From an uncultured candidate division Zixibacteria bacterium (GTDB taxonomy: Bacteria > Zixibacteria > MSB-5A5 > UBA10806), in the NCBI GenBank assembly GCA_963817915.1, contig CAWFQL010000011.1, positions 128,001-192,000 on the forward strand: a stretch of 64,000 nucleotides of DNA, in the 5' to 3' direction. The notes under the pieces are model-generated. The model was not told the origin of the DNA. It searched no databases and saw only the letters and a program-made list of their open reading frames with translations. Shown here one piece after another: positions 20,707 to 33,276 of this stretch (its first letter is position 1; each line of letters begins with the position of its first letter). A program made the translations under genes and the position numbers.

Positions 20707-22199
20707 ATGAGGAATTGTGTGCCCAAATCCTTAATTTCAATAATCGCTTATTTATGAGCCTGTCAGTCGCAACGACTTCTGCCGGCTGGGACAATCTCAT
20801 GATTGTTCCGGGGTCATCGGGCGCGAACGGAGGGCGTGCAATAGCCGTAGGGGATACAGTGCACATCGTTTCTGATTGGGGTGAGTTATTTTACTATACG
20901 AGATCATTCGATAATGGATTGTTCTGGTCTCAGCCGGTGATAATTCCAGATTCGTCTTATGCTTTCTATAATCCTGATATCATTTATAGCAAAGGCCGCA
21001 TTCATATAGCCTGCATTGATTATTCGGCCGATAGACAACAGGTTTATCATATATCCAGTAGTGATGGAGGTAGAAGCTGGGGCTCGCCTCATCAAGTGTT
21101 CAACAATAGAGATCCGATGGTAAGACCTCCTCGAATTGCCGCCAATGGCGATACTCTATTTATATGCTACCGGACCTCATCGGAATTTCTTTCATTCTAT
21201 AGCCGCGATGCCGGTTTAACCTGGCACCGAGGCGCGAATATAGAAGGAGGGCCGATCGTTATTGATCAAGATCCAGCCGTTCTCTTTACGAACGGCCGTA
21301 TACATGTAATTTTTTCTTTGGCGGTAGTAGGTGATTCGTTTACATTTGAAATTTACGATCGTTATAGCGACAATATGGGAATACGGTGGCACCCAAGAAT
21401 CCCTCTTTCCACGTTGGAGCCACTTCCTAATTGCAGGGCCAGCCAGATCCCTTCCGCTTATGCAGATTCCGCTGGCAATATTATCGCATTATGGATGGAC
21501 TATAAATATGGGGGCATGTGCGCAGTTAGCGGTGAAATATTAGGAAGATTCAGCAGTGATAATGGGTATTCCTGGTCAGAGGAATTAAGACTGACTGATA
21601 CTCAAAGTGGATGCGGTTCCTCCTGCGTTATAAAGGATGGAATTATTTATGCTATTTGGGAAGACTTCTGGCCTCTGGGATGCGAATATCCTAAAATACT
21701 CTTTTCGTCGTCGCAAGACTGGGGACAAACTTGGTCCGAATACGAAGCTATTACGGATTTTTCGGACGCTATGGAGGAAGGTCCTAATATATTTTTTGGT
21801 TCAGCGGAAAGTAATTCGCTTTTGCATTGTCTTTTCAGAGTTACTTCTCCAAATGGCGGTCTATTGCTTTATCATGCAGTAAAAGATATTTCTACATCTA
21901 TCGGCGACGAGGCAAATCAGTCGCAGATAAAGGAAATTTCTATTAGCGCCTATCCAAATCCGTTTAACTCAAATACAATGATTACATTCAACAATCCTGA
22001 AGGAGGTGATTTGGAAATAGGCATATATGATCTTATGGGCCGGCAAGTGCGGACATTCAATTTGATTAGGGCAAAGGAGGGAGAAATAAAATGGGACGCC
22101 CGGGATGCTATGGGAAATAGAGTCTCTACAGGCATTTATTTCGCCAGAGCAAGAGAGAAGTCATCGCAAATCACAACTAAGCTTATCTATTTAAAATAA
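20707..22199 (+). CDS. Asp-box (BNR) beta-propeller secreted protein with T9SS-like CTD; probable frameshift in the signal peptide
   Basis: Six S-x-D-x-G-x-x-W-like boxes, C-terminal AYPNPFN..YDLMGRQV..WDARD..TGIYF. Confidence 0.75.
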
Positions 22200-22289
22200 T
22201 CATACCCTAAAATCCCTATATCATTGTATATGGACGTTGTTCCGACCCCATAAGTCGAGAGAAGCCGATATTTCGGCTATCATTAGTGG

Positions 22290-22318
22290 TTGACAAAATC
22301 GGGCAGAAGAATGATAAT
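22290..22318 (+). promoter_or_regulatory. Sigma70 promoter, leaderless configuration
   Basis: TTGACA-N17-GATAAT-N7-ATG(22326). Confidence 0.6.
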
Positions 22319-22325
22319 TGAAACA

Positions 22326-23231
22326 ATGGGTTCAGCAGAAAAATCTAAAGTCATTTCCGTAAAATCAAACCTGGTTATCGATGGTAACGGCAAAATAGAT
22401 ACTGATATTTTGCATCAAATGCTCGAAATGGGACTGGAAAAATTATCCGATCGAAATGATACGGCCGCATTTCTCAATTCTCGGTTTGGCAGCGCCGATT
22501 CAATTGGATTCAAGGTGAATGTCTTAGGCGGGCATGGAGTCTCAACCCACCCGGAAATCGCGAAGGCATTATCCGGAATATTGAACGATTCCGGAGTAAA
22601 AGCCAATAGGCATATAATCTGGGATAGATCGGCCAGTGAGCTCGCCGATAATGGCTATACAATCAAGACATCAGGCTCCGGGTTATTATGTTTCGCCACC
22701 GATAGCAAGGGAATTGGTTATTCGGATGAATTGGTATCCAAAGGCAAGGTTGGGGGGCTGCTCAGCAAGTTGCTGACTGAGTATTGCGATACCATCATCA
22801 ATCTTCCGGTATTAAAAGATCATGGAATTGCTGGAATCACCTGCGCAATGAAAAATTATTACGGTGCCATTCATAACCCCAATAAATACCATAGCACTGC
22901 CTGCGATCCCTATATCGCCGATTTAAATAGCCTGGATCAGATTCGATCTAAAGAAAAGCTGATTATAGTCGATGCTCTGAAAGTCCAGTTTCATGGAGGT
23001 CCGTCGTATCATCAACGCTGGTCTGCAAAATATGGCGCTCTGCTTTTGGGAACCGATCCCGTCGCCATCGATACAATCGGATATGATATAATAGAGGGAT
23101 TGAGGAAAGACGCGGGGATCGAAATGATAAAGGGATCGAAAAGAGAGCCAAAATATATCACTACTGCCGCCGGTTATGGTTTGGGAATATGCGATCGATC
23201 TCAAATAGATCTGATTGAAATTAAGGCCTGA
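22326..23231 (+). CDS. DUF362 domain protein
   Basis: FKVN, STHPE, IINLPVLKDHG.AGITCAMKN..G, DPVAID. Confidence 0.85.
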   Translation: MGSAEKSKVISVKSNLVIDGNGKIDTDILHQMLEMGLEKLSDRNDTAAFLNSRFGSADSIGFKVNVLGGHGVSTHPEIAKALSGILNDSGVKANRHIIWDRSASELADNGYTIKTSGSGLLCFATDSKGIGYSDELVSKGKVGGLLSKLLTEYCDTIINLPVLKDHGIAGITCAMKNYYGAIHNPNKYHSTACDPYIADLNSLDQIRSKEKLIIVDALKVQFHGGPSYHQRWSAKYGALLLGTDPVAIDTIGYDIIEGLRKDAGIEMIKGSKREPKYITTAAGYGLGICDRSQIDLIEIKA

Positions 23232-23261
23232 AAATAAAATGAATTCGAAACGGAGAAATTA

Positions 23262-24944
23262 ATGAAATTTGCGAAATATATTGTCCCAATTACCTTATTG
23301 GTGTTCCTCGCCTGTGGCGGCGCTGCCAAAAAAGAAGCTGCGAAAACCGCGCCGCAGCTGCCTGATCAATTTTCTTCGTACCTCGCCTATGACTATTTCG
23401 TCAAAGGTAACTTAGCCGAACAATCAGGGGATCTCGAATCCGCCGCCGAGCAATATCGCAAAGCATTATTTTATGATAATAAATCAATCGAGATAAAAAG
23501 GGTTCTGTCGGATATCTATATAAAGCAAAAAAAATACAGCGACGCCATGCTAATCCGCGCGGAGATCGAGGACAAGACCGCTGATGATTATACATTTATC
23601 GGCGATTGTCTGAGATATACATCGGATATACCCGGAGCCATCAGCTATTATAATCAGGCGGTTAAGGCTGATTCGTCGCAGTATATGGCGCATTATTATC
23701 TGGCAAGAATCTATTACCTTACAAAACAATATGCCAGCGCCGAAGCAGAATATAAATCATTAGTCAGATATGCGCCGGATCGGGCCGAAGCGTTAATCGA
23801 TTACGGCGATTTCAGCATGGAGCTTAATAAGACCGACCAGGCTTTCGATGCCTATTCGGAAGCTGCCAAAATTAATTCCGATGACTACAGAGCCTCGAGT
23901 GGAATGGTAGCCGTGCTTGTGATAAGAGGAGATACGTTAACAGCGGACAGCATCTTAGTCTCAACCGCCGAAAAAAATTGGGATAATCCCAAGATTTTGG
24001 ATTCGATCCTGACATCATTTATAAAGACCGGCAATTTCAAGGAAGCTCAAAAGACCGCAGGGCGTATAGCCGAGCTCAATCCCAGCGATTTCGACGCTTT
24101 GAAAAGCTATTATATCATCGCGACACGAAATAATGATTCTGCCATTGCCGATTCGCTTTTAAATGAGATCAATAAACAGGGAGGTCCCGACGCGGTTACC
24201 TATTATTACCTGGCGTTGATAAAAAGAGACAATAAGGATTTACCGGCGGCGGAAGATTATCTCCGAAAGTCTCTGGCATTAACAGATTCTATTCCCGAAG
24301 TTTGGACAAGGCTCGCAAACACTCTCGATGGCGAAGGTAAGTATTCCGATGCCCTCGAAACTATGCGCCGGGCTCTAAGCGCGGTGCCTTACGATTCAAT
24401 CAATATCATGTTTTTGACCTCTACTATTCATGCCAATAATAAACATTATGATCTCGCCCGCGATGGCTATCTGCGGATATTAAAAACGGTTCCGGATGGC
24501 GCGGAAATCAGATTTAATCTAGCGTCAGCCTATGAACGATTGGGCGAGTTCGACAAGGCCGAAGAGGGATTCAAATGGATTTTGGAAAAGTATCCGGATA
24601 ACGCTCTGGCCCTGAATTATCTTGGATACATGTATGCTGATAAGGGGATCAAGCTTGATACCGCTCAAATAATGATTGAGAAAGCGTTAAAAGTTGATCC
24701 AAAAAACGGCGCCTATCTTGATAGCTACGCCTGGGTACTCTATAAATTGGGACGATACGATGAGGCGTTGATTCAGATGCAAAAAGCGATGGAAAGCAAT
24801 CCCAAGGACGCCGTTATCTTCGAACATGAGGGAGATATCTACAGCGCCATGAATAATATCGAAAAAGCAAAAGAAAGCTGGGGTAAGGCCCTGCAGCTTG
24901 ATCCAGAAAATGAAGCTCTGAAAAAGAAACTCGATAGCAAGTGA
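23262..24944 (+). CDS. TPR-repeat lipoprotein
   Basis: Lipobox FLAC, many TPRs, ALNYLGY...AYLDSYAWVLYKLG. Confidence 0.9.
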   Translation: MKFAKYIVPITLLVFLACGGAAKKEAAKTAPQLPDQFSSYLAYDYFVKGNLAEQSGDLESAAEQYRKALFYDNKSIEIKRVLSDIYIKQKKYSDAMLIRAEIEDKTADDYTFIGDCLRYTSDIPGAISYYNQAVKADSSQYMAHYYLARIYYLTKQYASAEAEYKSLVRYAPDRAEALIDYGDFSMELNKTDQAFDAYSEAAKINSDDYRASSGMVAVLVIRGDTLTADSILVSTAEKNWDNPKILDSILTSFIKTGNFKEAQKTAGRIAELNPSDFDALKSYYIIATRNNDSAIADSLLNEINKQGGPDAVTYYYLALIKRDNKDLPAAEDYLRKSLALTDSIPEVWTRLANTLDGEGKYSDALETMRRALSAVPYDSINIMFLTSTIHANNKHYDLARDGYLRILKTVPDGAEIRFNLASAYERLGEFDKAEEGFKWILEKYPDNALALNYLGYMYADKGIKLDTAQIMIEKALKVDPKNGAYLDSYAWVLYKLGRYDEALIQMQKAMESNPKDAVIFEHEGDIYSAMNNIEKAKESWGKALQLDPENEALKKKLDSK

Positions 24945-24999
24945 TTCATACGCTGATTATTCTTGCAATTCCAATAGGCTCGATATAAAAATAGTCCGC

Positions 25000-26691
25000 A
25001 TGAATAGTAAATTACGATTAGTCGCAATTTGGCTCATCCTGCCTGTATTGTTTTCCTGTGCTTTGAGGCAGGCTCCTCCGGGCGGGCCCGAGGACAAGAC
25101 TCCTCCAGGCATTGTCGAAATGACTCCTAAGTCTGGCGGCACAAACATTTCTCCAGATACAAAATTTACCATCATTTTTTCAAAATCAATGGATCATACT
25201 CAGACTGAAAATGCGATATTTCTCTCGCCGGTGTTCTGGGATTACCCCACGATAAACTGGTCCGGCAAAAAAATGACATTTACTCCTCCGCAAAATCTTC
25301 GCTCAAATTGCACCTACATATTGACAATCGGCGCGGGGGCTGTGGACGAGCACGGCAATAGACTTGGGAAATCCCATAGCTTCGCGTTTTCAACCGGGGC
25401 GCAAATCGACAGCGGCTCGATTTCCGGCAGCGTTTATTCGATTTCGGCATCCAGACCTGTATATGACATCTGGGCCTACTCGTTGAATGATACTTCTGGA
25501 ATGCGGTTTTGGACCCGAATACCTGATTATGCTACTCAAGTGGATTCGCTTGGGAATTTTTCTATTTCCTATCTCGGGAAAAGCAAATATATGGTTATCG
25601 CAATTGATGATAAAAATGACGACCTGTTTTGGGAACCCGAATCGGAGCCGTTGGGCCTGCCGCCATTCCTGATTTCCCTGGATTCAAATAACGTCCAGAA
25701 TGAAATTGTCTTTGTTCCCGAGCAGCGAGATACGTTGTTGGCAGCATTCTCCAGGGTCTCGACGATCAACAATCAGCGCATTTCAGTTGAATTTTCGCAG
25801 CCGATAGCCTTAATCGAATCACTTTCAGTCAATTCATTTAAGCTAATCACTATTGACACTCTGGCGGAGAAAATTGCCATAAGAGGGGCGTATCCCGGGG
25901 CTGAAAAGCAATATATTCTCGAAACTGATCAGCAGACCGGCAATCAAGCATATAGATTAATTGCCAATAATATCCACAGCATATGGGGAATACCATTCGA
26001 TACAATTGGCACGAGATTCACCGGCGCCGCATTTCCGGATACTGTCGGGCCATCTCTTTTGATAACAGTCCCTTCAAAGGGCTCTGAAAATACATTTCAG
26101 GATAGCGTCATTGAGCTCGGATTCGATGAAAGAATCAAGCCGCTGAATTTTGGCCAGGCAGTATCTGTGATAGCCGATTCCACCGATACATTGAAATTCC
26201 TGCCTTACTGGATATATCCTAATTATGTCCGACTTAGAATCACGGGGCGATTGCCCCATAGCAAGACAATCCATGTTGTCCTGGAGCCGAAAAACATCTT
26301 TGATGCCAGTAGCAATCCCATGCCCGACAGCGCCTTATCCTATAATTTCAAATTAGTGCCAATGGATACCTTGGGGGAGGTTACAGCGCTGGTCTACCCG
26401 GAAAGTCATTACCAATTATACGGCTATCTGACCGGTCAGGCTAAGGGTGGTCCGACCTATAAATCACGCGGTGACAAAACCGGTAAAATCCACTTCAATG
26501 CGGTAATGCCCGGTACTTATAAATTTCACTTTTTTGAAGATTCTGATAGCAACGGCATCTGGACTCCAGGGGTCATTGAGCCATTCAAGCCGGCGGAGAG
26601 GCTGTCGTTCGTTCCGGATACCGTCAAGGTTCGTTCACGTTGGACTACCGATATTGGGAGCGCAAGTCTGCCGTCTCCGAATTCCAGATAA
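25000..26691 (+). CDS. Lipoprotein with bacterial Ig-like (Big_5) domains
   Basis: Lipobox LFSC, CA...PPGGPEDKTPP, FAFSTG.IDSG, DSDSNGIWTPG..PAE. Confidence 0.8.
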   Translation: MNSKLRLVAIWLILPVLFSCALRQAPPGGPEDKTPPGIVEMTPKSGGTNISPDTKFTIIFSKSMDHTQTENAIFLSPVFWDYPTINWSGKKMTFTPPQNLRSNCTYILTIGAGAVDEHGNRLGKSHSFAFSTGAQIDSGSISGSVYSISASRPVYDIWAYSLNDTSGMRFWTRIPDYATQVDSLGNFSISYLGKSKYMVIAIDDKNDDLFWEPESEPLGLPPFLISLDSNNVQNEIVFVPEQRDTLLAAFSRVSTINNQRISVEFSQPIALIESLSVNSFKLITIDTLAEKIAIRGAYPGAEKQYILETDQQTGNQAYRLIANNIHSIWGIPFDTIGTRFTGAAFPDTVGPSLLITVPSKGSENTFQDSVIELGFDERIKPLNFGQAVSVIADSTDTLKFLPYWIYPNYVRLRITGRLPHSKTIHVVLEPKNIFDASSNPMPDSALSYNFKLVPMDTLGEVTALVYPESHYQLYGYLTGQAKGGPTYKSRGDKTGKIHFNAVMPGTYKFHFFEDSDSNGIWTPGVIEPFKPAERLSFVPDTVKVRSRWTTDIGSASLPSPNSR

Positions 26692-26694
26692 GAA

Positions 26695-26722
26695 TTGACA
26701 ATTATCCATCATTTAATATCTT
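26695..26722 (+). promoter_or_regulatory. Sigma70 promoter, leaderless configuration
   Basis: TTGACA-N16-TATCTT-N6-ATG(26729). Confidence 0.6.
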
Positions 26723-26728
26723 AGCTGT

Positions 26729-29700
26729 ATGCATCTTTTGAAGCAGGTATCGCGGATTAATTTAATATTGCCTTTCATGGTAATTTTGTCTATGGGAATT
26801 TTATCACCTGTTGTCAGCGGGGCGGCTGAATTATATCAGACAACATTTGTCCCATCTCACCCCATTATGGGCCCTTTGGAAATAGTAAATCTTAAGCATA
26901 AATCAGAACTTGTATTCGTGCAATATACGATTTCCGGCAACCGTCAAATTGCTGTTCCATACGAGGCTAAAGGCAGCAAGATAAGGCTCAATTATTCAGG
27001 GCATGATGAAATCTTAACGCTGACATTAATATTTGGCGGCGAGATAAAGGATTTTAATACACATCTGCCTGAGATAATATCCGGCAAAGACCGGATTAAT
27101 GGTCAATGGGATGATTTGATTTCATTGTCATCAGGGGCCATAATACAAGTTACCAATACATTGGAATCAAGCGTAGCCGGTGACACTACAAGTCATATGA
27201 TAGGGTTCAACACTACTACCGACACATTAAGTAGCGGTGGAATTATTATGGTGACATACCCGCCCGGATTCATAATAGATGCTATAGACAGCGCAATTTA
27301 TTCTGATAATGATCCTTCCAACGATTCCAACGAACCGCACGTAACTGCAGTCAGTGTTACAGGAGGAACTGTATTCATTCAGCTTGATTCATTGTCTCAG
27401 CAAGCAATCGCAACTTCCCGAATTGATATAAATCTTAAGCATATAGTCAATGACACAACCTCCGGTTCACGTTATGTTTACGTGCAGACAACCCGGCCTG
27501 ATGGCGAAATCGATAATAATCCGCAGATTTCAGCGCCTTTTGATATTGTGCCCGGCGCTCTTTATCGCATAAATGTCTCTCCGTCCGGCAATCTGACTTT
27601 GGCCTCCGATTCGACAATATATTTCAGCGGGATAGGACGGGATTCTTATGGCAATATTATCGGTGGACTCGTATTCGATTATCTTGTCATGCCCGATTCG
27701 CATGGCAGTATTACCAGCGGTATCTTCAGGGCGTTAAAGGCCGGAGAATGCTATGTGACCCTGACGAATGGTATTGTGACAGATTCTACGGGGCTTATTA
27801 CCGTGGAACCGGGACGGTTAAATCATTTCGGAATCGACGGTCTGCCGCTTACTCCGGTTCCCGCCGGAGTACCATTTGGAAGCGTAATGGTGACCGCCCT
27901 TGATAATCATGACAATAGAATTGTCAATTTTGCGGATTCAGTTTGGGTCACCTCTAACGATACTCTGGCTTCATTGCCGATTCATAAATTTGATCCCGCG
28001 GATTCGGGGATATTTCAATTCCCGGCGAATTCGTTTTCTCTAAGGTCTAAGGGCTCCACAAGAATAACCTTTAGCAATGGAATCATCGAAAGCATTTCGA
28101 ATCCTGTAACCGTAGTTCCCACCTCGATTCAGACGTTTGTATTCGGTTTGGGCCTGAATCAGGTGGCAGGAAATAGTTTCAGACTGCAGGTAACCGAAGC
28201 TCGCGATTCATGTTCTAATCTGACAAATGGAATCGTAGTAGTAGGGGATTCGTTAGAACCTCATTTTTCTCCCAATGGATTTCCCCCTATATTTAATGAG
28301 ATACCGGTTTCAGAAGAGGGAGTCGGATACGCGATGCAGACGCTTACCAATGCGGACACGACCGTTCTGAAGGGGAGTGTTTTTGCATCCGGCGCCGTAA
28401 TTTATACCAGTCGCATTATAGTAGAGCCCGGCAGTACAGATTACTTCGGAATTACCGACTATCCTGATACTGTTACCGCAGGCATACCGTTTTCCGGTGT
28501 CATGGTCTCGGTTTTCGATTTGTTCGGCAACTTGCAGACAAATTTCGCGGATCAAGTATATTTCACCAGCAACGATGGAAACGCTTTGCTGCCATTTACG
28601 GCCTCAAATCGATTTACTTGGCTTTCTAATAACGGCGGGCGTCATACATTCGACAATTTCTCACTTAGAACTTCCGGTATCAAGACAATCACTTTCGCCA
28701 ACGACTCGCTATCGATTACCTCTCAAAATATTGCCGTGAGACCCGCTCCAATTTCAACTTATACTCTTGTAAATCCGGGCACAATTATGGCAGGGGTAAG
28801 CCACGAACTTAGGGTTGAGAATGCGCGTGATTCACTTGCCAATTTTGCCACAGGCGAAGTAAATATTTCCGGCTTATTAAATGTGGACAATTCACCTTAC
28901 GGTATTGCGCCGACTCTAAATAGAATATCCGTGGATAGTTTTGGAACCGGGCATTCATCACAGATACTCACTTCAGCCAATAGCAATGTTATTCTTCAAG
29001 GTGACGCCAATGGTATAATTGAAAATACCGGCTCTTTCATTGTTCTGCCGGGCGATCTCGATCATTATGATATTTCCGGATTCACTGATACCCTGACCGC
29101 CGGAAATACATTCCCCGGCCCGGGAATAAATGTCGAGGTCCTCGACGCTCTTGGAAATCGAAAAACAAACTATATCGATTCAGTATATTTTGTCAGCAGC
29201 GATCCTCAACCGCAACTGCCCAATACTCAATCCTCGAAATATTACTTTAATAATTCGGGCTACAATAGATTCCCCGCGGATTCCTTTTCGCTTAGAACAT
29301 CTGGCGCGCAAACCATATCAGTAACCAACGGTACTATGTCGGCTTCATCGCAAAATATATCGGTTGCGCCAAGTATCTTGAATTCATTCAGAATTGCGGA
29401 TCCTGGTACAATAACCAGCGGAGTGCCGTTCAGTATTAATATTTTAGATGCTATCGATACCTGGAACAATCCAACTTTGGGTACTATTACTGTCTCTACG
29501 TATTCAGGAGGCGGTCCATCACCCGATGGCACGCTACCGAACTTTACGCCGATACAGCTCAATAACGGATCTGGTTCCGCGAGTCAAACTCTTTATAACG
29601 CGGATAGTACCGTTCTTTCATTATCCACTGGCGTTTTTGATTCTTTGACGGCGAATTTAGCTGTATTACCTGGCTCAGTCAGCCATTTCACTGTATTTAT

Positions 29701-32700
29701 TTATAGTCCCCAAATATCAGGAGCCCCATTCAGCGTTTCGGCATACCTGACCGCCTACGATTCCCATGGCAACATCAAACGCAATTATGATGCCTCCAGC
29801 GATACTGTCGTGATTACCGCCTCCAACGGCGGACAAATGACCAATAATATCCTGAATCAAAATGCGAGCTTCTTTAATGGTACTGCGAATCTCGTTGCTC
29901 TGAATACTACTTATTCCGGAGCTGGAGGGCCGGTAACATTCAATGCCCTATCTCAATCAGGCGCAACGGGTACATCAAACCCGGTCAATTTCAGCGCGCT
30001 TTATTGCAGCGGCCTTACGATTAATGAAACTGCCGTTTCTATCGGAGGAACGATGACCGGTTCAGTGAGTGTTCGCAATGAGGGCGGAGTCGTGGCCAAG
30101 ATAGATGATATAGGATTATACTCGGTTGGCGATCCATGGCAGGATGCGCTGGTATTCATACAACCACTGGATTCAATTGCGGCCGGCGCTGAATCGACTT
30201 ATACATTTTCGTATATTATTCCATTGGGCTTTTCGCCTTCGCATGTAAATATCGATATTCCTACTACGGCGACGATTATTGGCCGTTACGGATCATATAG
30301 TGTTTACGATACTCTTACCGGTTATCCGGATACTGTTCAAGTGCAGACTAATTCTCATCCCGGTTATGTGAACGGCTCTTTAAGCAGAGACACTTTGTCA
30401 ACGGGAGAATATTATTCACTTTCGCTCAGTCTTAGCAATTCCGGCGGCGCTGGGCTCGGCGTTTTGGATAGTTCGTATATTTATTTTTCCGATATTAGCA
30501 GCCACATATTCAGATCGAAAATTTCTACAGGCATATTTCTTCCACCGAACAGCCTGAATACTCCGGTGAATTTCGATTCGACCTTGGTCGTCGCATCATT
30601 TATTCCCGGTGATTATCAGGCCGCGATTCACTGCTTCGGCCGGGAAAATGGAATATTCGTAGTCGATACGATTGCCGTAGCAGATATAATTCATATTCAG
30701 TCTCGGGCAGTTCTCAGCTATCTTGAGAATACATTAAATCCCGATACACTCGTGGCAGGCCAGAATGCCATGCTGAGTGTTAGAGTCAGAAATAGCGGGA
30801 CATCCGAGTTTATTCTCGATAATCAATTTTCGCGCATCCATTTCGGCAATGCCCAAATGGAATTTATCGCCAATATCGATACCAGCGCCGGTCGCAGAAT
30901 AGATATTATAACCAGCGATACAACCCTGCATTTTGAACAAACCATATTATCACCGAATTTTAGCCTGGGTCAATTTACACCTGAGATTGCTATCAGGGGC
31001 AGCCAGAATGGCCGTCAAATTGAATTCAATATCGATACTAACCCGAATTCCATAAATGTCATTTCTCCATGCGCCGTTCGAATCGATTCAACTTATTCTA
31101 TTTCTCCCAACGCGCCATTTGTTAATGAGGGTCAGCAATGCTCTATACGAGTGGTAATTGAAAATACGGGAATGGAAGGGATCGATTCGGTTACTATTAA
31201 TCTTTTGCAATTCCCACGCGCGACATTTCAATCATCATTCCTGATTGAGCATCTCGATGGCGATAGCAGTATGGTCAGCCGCACATTCACTGGAGTTGCG
31301 GATTCGGTACCTAATTCAGGTCGGATTTTCAATTCAATTTTATCAGGAGGGGTAGGCAGTCGTTCCCGAATGATCGGCTTCGATTGCTCAACCATTGGAT
31401 AATACGGCGTTGTTCATGGTGGAATCCCCGGCGAATATCGTCATGCATCCCATAAATATCGTTGGCCCTGAATCCGCGCTTGATAGCATAATATCAATAA
31501 ACCAGCCGATATCGATTTCCGCTATGGCCACGAATTCGGGTCAGGCGGATATTATAGGCATTAAGAAGATGGTCTTGGATACGACCGGTTCCGGATTTAC
31601 GGTGTTGGATTCCGTAAACAGAGATTTCAATTTAGGCCAAACAGTTTCCTGGAATCTTAGAGCTCCAGGCAACGAAAGAGCTTCCTCGATTTTAAGTGTC
31701 GCTTTTCTGGATTCGCTTTTCGATAGAAATGATCTCCGATATGCAATAACACTTGGCTCTTCTTCCATAGAGTTTGTAGTCAATTCCGCTCCCACGATAT
31801 CGCATAGAGCTGAGATAGTCGGGCCGCCGGGCGCGACCGATAGTACTGTTTCCACTAATCAGGAATTTACAATTGCCGATTATTTTACTCCGGGCGGAGT
31901 ATATCAAAATTTGACCTGCAGTATTAATTTGCCATCGGGCTTTTCGACATCCGATTCGATTATCAAGCATCCTGATCCGGCCGAAAACTTCGTGCGCTGG
32001 AATGTTCGTGCTTCAACGAACGCCGGGCTCGATACCATATCAATATTAAGCTGGTTATACGGCGTCAATCTAAATGACTCTGTGGGAACCGCGCCCGAAA
32101 GAATACCTGTTACGGTTGAAAGATCGTCGTCTCTTAGGTTAACATCCAGGATTGCAGGGCCGGGCTCGGCATTAGACGGTATCTTGGAACCCGGATCGCA
32201 GCTCGAATATCGGGCGACAGTATTCAATGACGGTCAGGCAGCCGTATCAAGCGGCAGCCTTAATCTCAAATGCCCGATCTTGGGACTGGATTCTGTGCGG
32301 ACATTTAATGTCGGCGATAATATCGACTGGATTATCACGATGCCGGATACCGAAATAGCTGTACCGTTTCCGATTTGGACAAAAATTTCCAGTGTCCCGA
32401 CGGAAGAAAATATTCAAGCGCCTGCAATTACTGCCATAGATTCGTCTTCAATTACCGTGCTCGTAAAAAATCTATTACCCAGACTTATGATTACGAATTC
32501 CACCGGCTTTTCCGGCTCGCTTGTCAAAGGACAGACTCTGGATTATTTATCGCTTGAATCTGAAAAATGATGATAGAGGTGGGAGTTATACTATCGGAAT
32601 CGCATCCTTTTCATTTGATCTCAATTCAAATCCACCGGTCGATGCATCCCAACTATTCTCGTCATTAATCCTCTCCTCGGATTCAGGATCAGCTACTGCC

Positions 32701-33276
32701 AATATTGTCGATGGCAATAAAATTGTATTTGCGCTTCCCGATACGATTCACCTCTTGCCAGGCCGCTCGCTGCAATTCACAATGCAATTGGCCATTTCCC
32801 CCAATACGACTGTCGGCGATTTTTCCTTTTCGCTTTCAGAAAATGGAATCGCGGCTGTAATGATACAGCACGGCGGTCCGGCAACTCCGATTTCAGTCGT
32901 CAATTCCAGAGGAGATCCGTTTACCTGGAGCAGCAGCCCATCGGCTATATTTGAACAGAATTTTTCGGCTTCGGTCTCAAGTTATCCCAATCCATTCAAT
33001 CCAAGGGATGGCGGGGTTAAGATAGGATATTATTTAAGCCAAAATTCATCATTGGAAATAAAAATCTTTACTCTGTTCGGTGAATTGGTTTGGACTAAGA
33101 CTATCACACCTTCCGATCCTCAGGGACAAATGGGTATGCGCACTGAAGATACCGCGGTTCGCTGGGATGGCAAAAATGATTCGGGCCATGAAATCCGTTC
33201 TGGGGTCTATATCTGCATTATCAAAAACCTGACATCAGGCGAGGAGAAAAAATTAAAAATCGCTGTCGTAAAATAA
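26729..33276 (+). CDS. Giant (~2180 aa) repeat-rich surface protein with T9SS-like CTD; frameshifts near 31377 and 32554
   Basis: Three overlapping ORFs join by single-base deletions; signal peptide, Ig-like repeats, SYPNPF..FTLFGELV..WDGKND..SGVY. Confidence 0.75.

Noticed and set aside
22290..22325. TTG start for the DUF362 gene
   Set aside because: The TTG is part of the TTGACA -35 box; the ATG at 22326 fits better
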